A DNA stretch of 64,000 nucleotides. It comes from Macrostomum lignano. Taxonomy: Eukaryota. Within the stretch, counting starts at the first letter, position 1; every line of letters starts with the position of its first letter. The position numbers and the translations under genes were made by a program. Shown here piece by piece: positions 60,027 to 64,000 of the stretch. The stretch is from the NCBI GenBank assembly GCA_002269645.1, contig NIVC01000130.1, positions 845,776 through 909,775 of the forward strand, in the 5' to 3' direction. The notes below the pieces were generated by a model. The model searched no databases, was not told the DNA's origin, and worked only from the letters and a program-made list of their open reading frames with translations.

Positions 60027-63000
60027 AGCAGCCGAATGTGACCAAATGGGAGACTATAGTTAGGGCTCAGCCAAGCGCGCTTGTCTTCCCAAATGCTTAA
60101 GGCACACTTCCGCTGCTGCAAAGTGTACAGTCGGTGATGGATGCTGGCAATACGATGAACAACGACAGAATGGCTGCAGAGCTCATTGAACACCCTTAGG
60201 TAGTCACTGTGAGCCAGCTCTTTCTTAACAATGCATCCTTGAACTCCTTTGGCCTTCTTCTTTTCCGCGGCTTGGCTACTCGCCTTGAATGAGTAAAGCT
60301 TCGGCCTTAGGAGCAGCCACTCCTCAAAGCGAGCACCGGCTGCTTCATCCTTAATGCAGCCAAGTCGCGCTTTTAAATCATTCGAGAATAGCGCGTGCTC
60401 TTGAGGATAGTTTGAAGTGTCGAGCAGCTGCTTCGACTTCAACAGCGGTAGAACTTTAGACTGAACGCTCATGTTGCTGATTGAGAGAAAGAAAGAATCG
60501 GTATCACCACCGCATAGCTTGATGACACCTCCATCGTTCTCTATCCAGGGCTTCAGTTTGTCGTAAAACAGCTCGTACATAATCATTTTCGAAAAGTCTA
60601 GGACGCATTGCCCGATAAAAATAGGCCGATCGAGCTTTAATTTTGTCTTTTGCAGTTCCAAAACGCTTAGTGAATCAGTAATTATGATAAAATTGGTAAT
60701 TGTCGGCTTGGCAAGCAGTACCTTTACCTTTTCCACGTTGGTGCAGACTCGAATATCACGCCGCTTTCGCACATTCTCCATAGTTTTGCCGAATAGCGCG
60801 TTATTCTTTAACTTGTAGAAATCCTTTTCGAAGTTGGTTTTCGCTGCAGCCCGCTTCTGGCTATTTTTCTCGACGTAGGCAGCAAAGAGAGGCTCTTGGT
60901 GAAACTCAATCATGCGATTGATGCGTCTAACCCGCATTCCATGGTTCAGGTAGAACGCCAAAATAGAGGAATGAACCACATAGGAAGGCTTATCGTGACA
61001 AGTGAGCATCAGCTTCTCTGTCGGATGATAGGTGGAGTTCTCCGTACCGACCTTTTCCCACAGCTGCTGCATGTATTCAGGAAATTCCCTGAAATTCGGG
61101 GCAGCCTTTTCCGGTGCAAATGGTAGGTCTTCGGTGGTTTCGTGAATCTCTGGGGGATACTCAAGGTCAACATCAAAGAGGTAGGCGAGTGGATCGGTTA
61201 GCTTGAGTCCTCGAATGCGATCTTCAGTCCACAAAAGCAGCTCATCATCGTCCAGCCAACGGAATCCTCCGACTGGTAAGTTCATAGTGAGCGCCTGTCC
61301 ATACAGGTTGTTTGCATCCACAGCAAGAAGCTCGGTGAGGCCAGCATGAATAGTAGGAGTGCCACCATCAACATCCTCATTGCTGTCAACACCAGTGCTG
61401 GCGCCCGCTGCTGAGGTAGCCTGCACTTTGTGGATGTTAACAAACGACATGCCGCCGCGAATGCCGCGCTCAAACAGCGAATACATCTGCGCATCTGTTA
61501 GCAGTTCAATCCCTGACTTGATGGATTTCAATGCCGAAGCGAATGATAGGCCTGGTGTCGAAATAAAATGGACTGGATCAAGGCCATCCTCTTGCATGCT
61601 GATCTTGCGAAAATTTTCAAAAATATCAGCCAACTGCCTGATGTCGAGCTCGAGGTAGCACAGCATGTACTCTTTTAGATTTGAAACCTGAAATTCTCGC
61701 CAGGCGCGTTGAGCATGCTCATAGTCAGAGTTGGTGCAGTGGCTCTTAGTCAGAGCATTGTAGAAGCTCTCTTGGCTGGGAAGCACGGCATCCTTCAGCA
61801 CGTCTGAATTTTTAAGATAGTCATACGGGAAAACTCCCTTGCTGAAAAGCACTTCGGATGATAGCAGTGGGAATCTGCTGCTGCGTAGGCGACTAGTGAT
61901 ACGACATTCAGCCTCTGGTAAATTTTTGATGAGCTGTGAGAGGCTGGCATTAAGAAATTGATTCGAATCAATGAACTGAATAGTAAAATTTAAAGGCTTG
62001 ATCTTGCCCTCACTCTCATACTCGCCGATTTTAAATTCGATTTTCATCGACAGAAACTGCTCTGGATTCAGAGGGATGACGGAGATTTTCCAACCCTCCA
62101 TCAGACCCAAAGCGGATGACATCATGAGATGGAGATCGTACCCCTTGAAATTGTGGAACACGACGGGAAGGAAAGACCTCTTTAGTCTGGCCTTCATATT
62201 ACAATCAGCACACGCAGCTCCCCGAAATTCTCCGCTGAGGTGGTCGTGATCCCAATGTTTATTGGACCCTTCCGTGAATTCGCTTCTACAATAGCAGCAA
62301 GCTGTGGCTTCTCTGAACTGTCGCCCTGCCATCTCTGTTCTTATCGCTGCTTGTCGACTGAACTCCGTGTTCCAGCCGTAAACTTCACGAGCGAGCTTCT
62401 CCAGCGATTGCAGGAAATCGGAAATGCACTTATTAGGATCGTCGCTGACAAAAGTGCTCACTTTATCATCCGCTCCTCTGGGCGCTAGACCAGTCATCCC
62501 TTCTCTGTGCAGCACGATGTAGCCAGCAGCAACAGCAATGTGCTCAGTTAACTTCTTCGTTGCTATACCAGCAATCGAATCTTCTTGGCATGGAGCATTC
62601 AATGCTTCGAAGTCGGCGTAAACAACAAATGGCGGACTAATTGTTTTTTCCCATGATGAGAATCGGAGAATATTATTCCTTTCATCTGGCAACTCTTCCT
62701 TGACGTTGATCACTCCAGGTTGACAAGGAGCTCGGCTGTGTTCTTCAAAGGCTGCATCACTATGAAAGGGCAGCAAGCAGCGCTCACACCACTTCCGCCG
62801 ATGCAGAGCTGCCTTGCTATTAAGAAGCCTGTTGATGCTTGAAACAGCACACCAATGACCCGAGGCCTCGTCTTCTGATGGTGGAATAAATAAGAGTAGA
62901 ACAACTTCTCGATCTTTAATTGTAGCTGCAGTAGGCAAGCGGAGGACTTGAGCGCTCTCTTTCTCCCAGATGAAAACCGTGAAGCAAAGTCTCGGGTTCA

Positions 63001-63669
63001 GTCTCTCAACAATGGAAAGGTCGGTGACATTGATTGGCAAGTCAATTCCACTCATGTTAAGTTCATCCAGCCAGTCAGTGTAGGAAGACTCGCGTTGCGC
63101 TGATTTCTTTATTTTGTTGTCTTCCTTGTGCAGAAAAGCAAGGCATGCGTAAAGAAAGCAATTTACACCATTGCTTGGAGGACAAATAACCGCCTTCTTC
63201 CGAAGAAGTGGAGTCGGTAGAATAAATTCCGCAGCATGCCCCGTGTAGTAGGAAACTCGTTCGACGAGAGCTGAGTAAAGTTCAAAAAAATTGATTTTTT
63301 CAATTATCCAGCCACTACCGTTGGTGTTGTAGACATCGACTTTGCGCTCCAGCTCTGTAAACTGCTGTCTCCACCAATCATCAAACTCCTGTATATCTAC
63401 CACCAATCCGAGTTGTGTGCTCATCCATTTATCCTCCCCCTTGACAGCTTCTGACGCCTGCACTCTGACCATGCGCAAATTCAGTTTGATCTGAGCTTTA
63501 ACAGAGCAATTATCCGAAGAGTCGAAGCGAATTTCAAGACACTGCTGCACTGCGATTTTGCAGAAATCGAGAAACTCGAATGTTTCAGTGGCAGCTCCAG
63601 GTGTAAATCGATGAACTTGAAGAACATCTTCGTGAGCGCTGGTTTTTAACGCCAGGGTGAATGAAGGTC
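59870..63669 (-). CDS. Protein-primed family B DNA polymerase (5' exon/start codon not in window)
   Basis: ExoI VVYADFE; EndoVII-like insert CCYC...HWDHDHLSGEFRGAACADCN; motifs DANNLYG, KLKNNALFGK, GGDTDS, RPKLYS, KAKGV; C-terminal polyQ. Frame open without ATG to 63808; strong acceptor at 63670-63671. Confidence 0.97.
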
Positions 63670-64000
63670 CTACAATTGAAGAAGGGAAGATAGTATTAAA
63701 AATATTTATGGAAAGTGGAAATGATGAGAAATGTCTCTGGGAGTTATGGAAGTCGAATATTTTATTGCCCTTTTTTACACTTACGAGTATACTATTTATC
63801 CTACTACCTTATATCTAGATTTAATATTTTTTTATTAATCAATACGAGCTACGTATAAGTGTAAAAAAAGAATTTGAAGAGTTATTATTGAAGAAATAGA
63901 TGGAGTTCTGCTTTCGCATTTTTGTCAATTCATCTAATGAGGAATAAAAATGTCTCATTATTGTGAGTTCTCCGGCTTAATCCTGTTGGGAACCATTTGA

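Larger units (their letters stand above)
50667..64000. mobile_element. Maverick/Polinton (adintovirus-like endogenous dsDNA virus), left part; right end outside window
   Basis: Compact cluster of integrase, two capsid proteins, protease, ATPase and protein-primed PolB, with no intronic minisatellites. (AG)6 at 50667 fits the AG-type termini of this family. The left boundary is inferred because the opposite TIR is not visible. Confidence 0.95.

Noticed and set aside
59743-60063. Plus-strand poly-Cys/poly-Val/Ala ORFs
   Set aside because: Antisense readings of the PolB CAG/CAA tract

Overview
Eukaryotic (animal) genomic DNA with two parts. Positions 1-50.6 kb hold host genes: the 3' part of an unidentified multi-exon gene, single-exon LENG1, a cytosolic-type 5'-nucleotidase/metallophosphoesterase, a secreted C-type lectin (minus strand), a very long NRBP/Madm pseudokinase and PSMD4/Rpn10. 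Nearly every intron and most intergenic gaps are filled with tandem mini/microsatellites, and there is a sharply bounded, almost CpG-free 3.4 kb block. The style (Ala/Gln-rich exons, minisatellite-packed introns) suggests a flatworm such as Macrostomum, which is inference only. Positions ~50,667-64,000 hold the left ~13.3 kb of an apparently intact Maverick/Polinton (adintovirus-like) element: (AG)6 terminus, integrase with chromodomain, minor and major capsid proteins, adenain-like protease, packaging ATPase, conserved small ORFs, a DnaQ-like protein and protein-primed PolB. The most striking observation is that this element also encodes a divergent TATA-binding-protein-like ORF and a tandem PC4-like ORF, a possible self-encoded transcription-initiation module. 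All gene models were spliced by hand from GT/AG sites and frame continuity. No database searches were run.
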